NCBI RefSeq assembly: GCF_030028105.1
Contig: NC_092379.1
Coordinates: forward strand, 24,731,821 to 24,795,820
DNA: 64,000 nucleotides
Source of the DNA: Mobula birostris
Lineage: Eukaryota
Direction: 5' to 3'
Below the pieces are notes generated by a model. It made no database searches. It was not told where the DNA came from and saw only the letters and a program-made list of their open reading frames with translations. The position numbers were made by a program, and so were the translations under genes. How positions within the stretch are numbered: the stretch's first letter is position 1; each line of letters starts with the position of its first letter. Below are positions 62,400-64,000 of this stretch, piece by piece.

Positions 62400-63780
62400 G
62401 GAGCAAAAGTAGTTGATTCGTCCCATCGAATCGGCTGCCCTATTATATCATGGGCTGATCCAACTCTTCGAGTCGTCCTCACTACTTTGCCTTCTTCTCA
62501 TACCCTTTCATGCCCTGTTAATCAAGAACGTATCTGTCTCTGCATTAAATGCACCCAATGACATGGCCTCCAGAGCCGCTCGTGGCAACAAATCCCACAG
62601 ATTTACCAACCTCTGAATAAGGTAATTTCTCTGCATTTCTGTTCTAATTTAAAGTCATTCAATCCGGAAGTTGTGTTCTCTTGTCCTAGACTCCCCTACC
62701 AATGGAAATAACTTTGCCTTATCTAAAATTTACAGGTCTTTTAATATTCGCAATGTTTCTATGAGATCTCCCCTAATTCTCCTGAACTCCACGGAATACA
62801 ACCACAAAACTACCAGACGTTCCTCATACGGTGACTCTATATTTACTGGAATAATTCGCGTGAATATTCTCTGATCCGTCTTCAATTTCAATATATCATT
62901 TCTAAAATAAGGATCCCAAAACAGCACACAATACACAAAGTGTGTCTCAAGACTGCTTTACAGTGTCTCAACATCAATTCTCTGCCTTCTTCACCACATA
63001 CTCAACATGAAGGTGATCTTTATTGGTATCCTGCACGAGGACTTCCAAGTCGCTGGGCATCTCTGCAGTTCAAATTCTCTCTCCATCTAAATAATAGTCT
63101 GCCCGTTTATTTCTTCCTCCAAAGTGCATGAACATACATTTTCCAACATTGTAGCTCATTTGCCACATTTTTGCCCATTCCCCTAAAATATATCAGTCTC
63201 TCTGCAGACTGCCTATTTCCACACCGTTTCTACTCTTCCACCTATCTCTGTATCATCGGCAAATTTAGCCACAAATCATTAATCCCATAGTCCAAATCAT
63301 TGATATACGTTGTAAGAAGCAATGGTCCCAGTACCGACCTTTGTGGAAATCCACTGGTAACCGGCAGCAAGCCAGAATAAAATATCTTTATTCCCACTCT
63401 CTGCTTTCGGCCGAACATCCAAACCTCCACCCATGCTAATTCCATGAGTTCCTATGTTGCTAAGCAGCCTCATGTGCGGCACCTTATCAAAGGCCTTCTG
63501 AAACTCCAAGTACACCACATCTCCTTTGTCTACTCTGCTGAAATTGCCTCAAAAAATGCAGTAGGTTAGGCAGGCGGGATATTCCGTTCAGGAAACCATG
63601 CTGTTTTTTGGCAAATTTTGTCATGTTCCTGCAGGTACTTCGTATTCTCATCCCTGAAAATAGATTTCAACACCTTCCAAACCAATGACTTCAGGCTAAG
63701 AGGTCTATAGATTCCTTCTTGCTGCCTCCCGCTGTTCTTAAATAGCGGGGCAACATTAGCGCAATACATTGTTGGTCCTC
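62400..63780 (-). mobile_element. Older CR1 3'/RT fragment
   Basis: YLEFQKAFDKVPH, VTSGFPQRSVLGPLL, VEFRRIRGDLIETL; upstream flank homologous to 8120-8350 and 28090-28300 resumes at 63781. Confidence 0.82.
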
Positions 63781-64000
63781 CTGAATTACAAATATGGCTG
63801 GCGGACAGTAAACTACGTTATATAGCAGTCTTTACTTATTTGGTATGTTTTGATAGTGCTGATTAAAGTAGAATACGTAGATGTATCTGATAATTTATTT
63901 AAAAAAATATTCAAGAAAGTCAGGCAGCATTGTATCAAAATGAATTGAAATAACCAGTTTGTCTCTTTTTCACTGACATTTTATGCCACGCTCATAATAT

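Noticed and set aside
606-63769. The many 60-150 aa ORFs in the supplied track outside the segments listed
   Set aside because: They are antisense or alternative frames of transposons, or low-complexity chance ORFs, with no recognisable domain or splice context
1-64000. Germline-joined V(D)J genes, constant-region exons, TCR-delta D/J segments, CRISPR arrays or prokaryotic operons
   Set aside because: All segments retain separate RSS positions; no C1-set exon or FGxG J was recognised; repeats are eukaryotic transposons and microsatellites

Overview
This is vertebrate (cartilaginous fish) genomic DNA from an antigen-receptor locus, not prokaryotic sequence. The repeat landscape suggests a ray, but that is an inference from recalled repeat families. 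The minus strand carries three tandem, same-orientation cassettes with the layout leader exon - VNAR-like V - 23RSS / 12RSS-D-12RSS / 23RSS-J - GT..AG intron (about 1.4 kb) - leaderless TCR-delta-like 'supporting' V - 23RSS. This is the layout of NAR-TCR, the doubly rearranging shark TCR delta chain with two V domains. Cassette B (24095-27120) appears fully intact. Cassette A (4046-7125) is intact except for an in-frame stop in J and a degenerate V nonamer. Cassette C (54358-57341) is a pseudogene in nearly every segment. A probable decayed extra V exon lies about 150 nt behind the supporting-V RSS of A and C, with its 3' end also present in B. A cassette-less copy of the flanking duplication unit lies at about 42.4-46.3 kb. 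The rest is transposon-derived: a full-length L1 with a 15-bp target-site duplication, an older decayed L1, a near full-length CR1 with an SGNH-esterase ORF1, many CR1, Rex/Babar and Penelope-like fragments, a probable solo LTR, SINEs and microsatellites. No constant-region exons or TCR-delta D/J segments were found; they would lie to the left of the window. Most ORFs in the supplied track are spurious or are transposon fragments. All alignments and translations were done by eye, and transposon boundaries are approximate.
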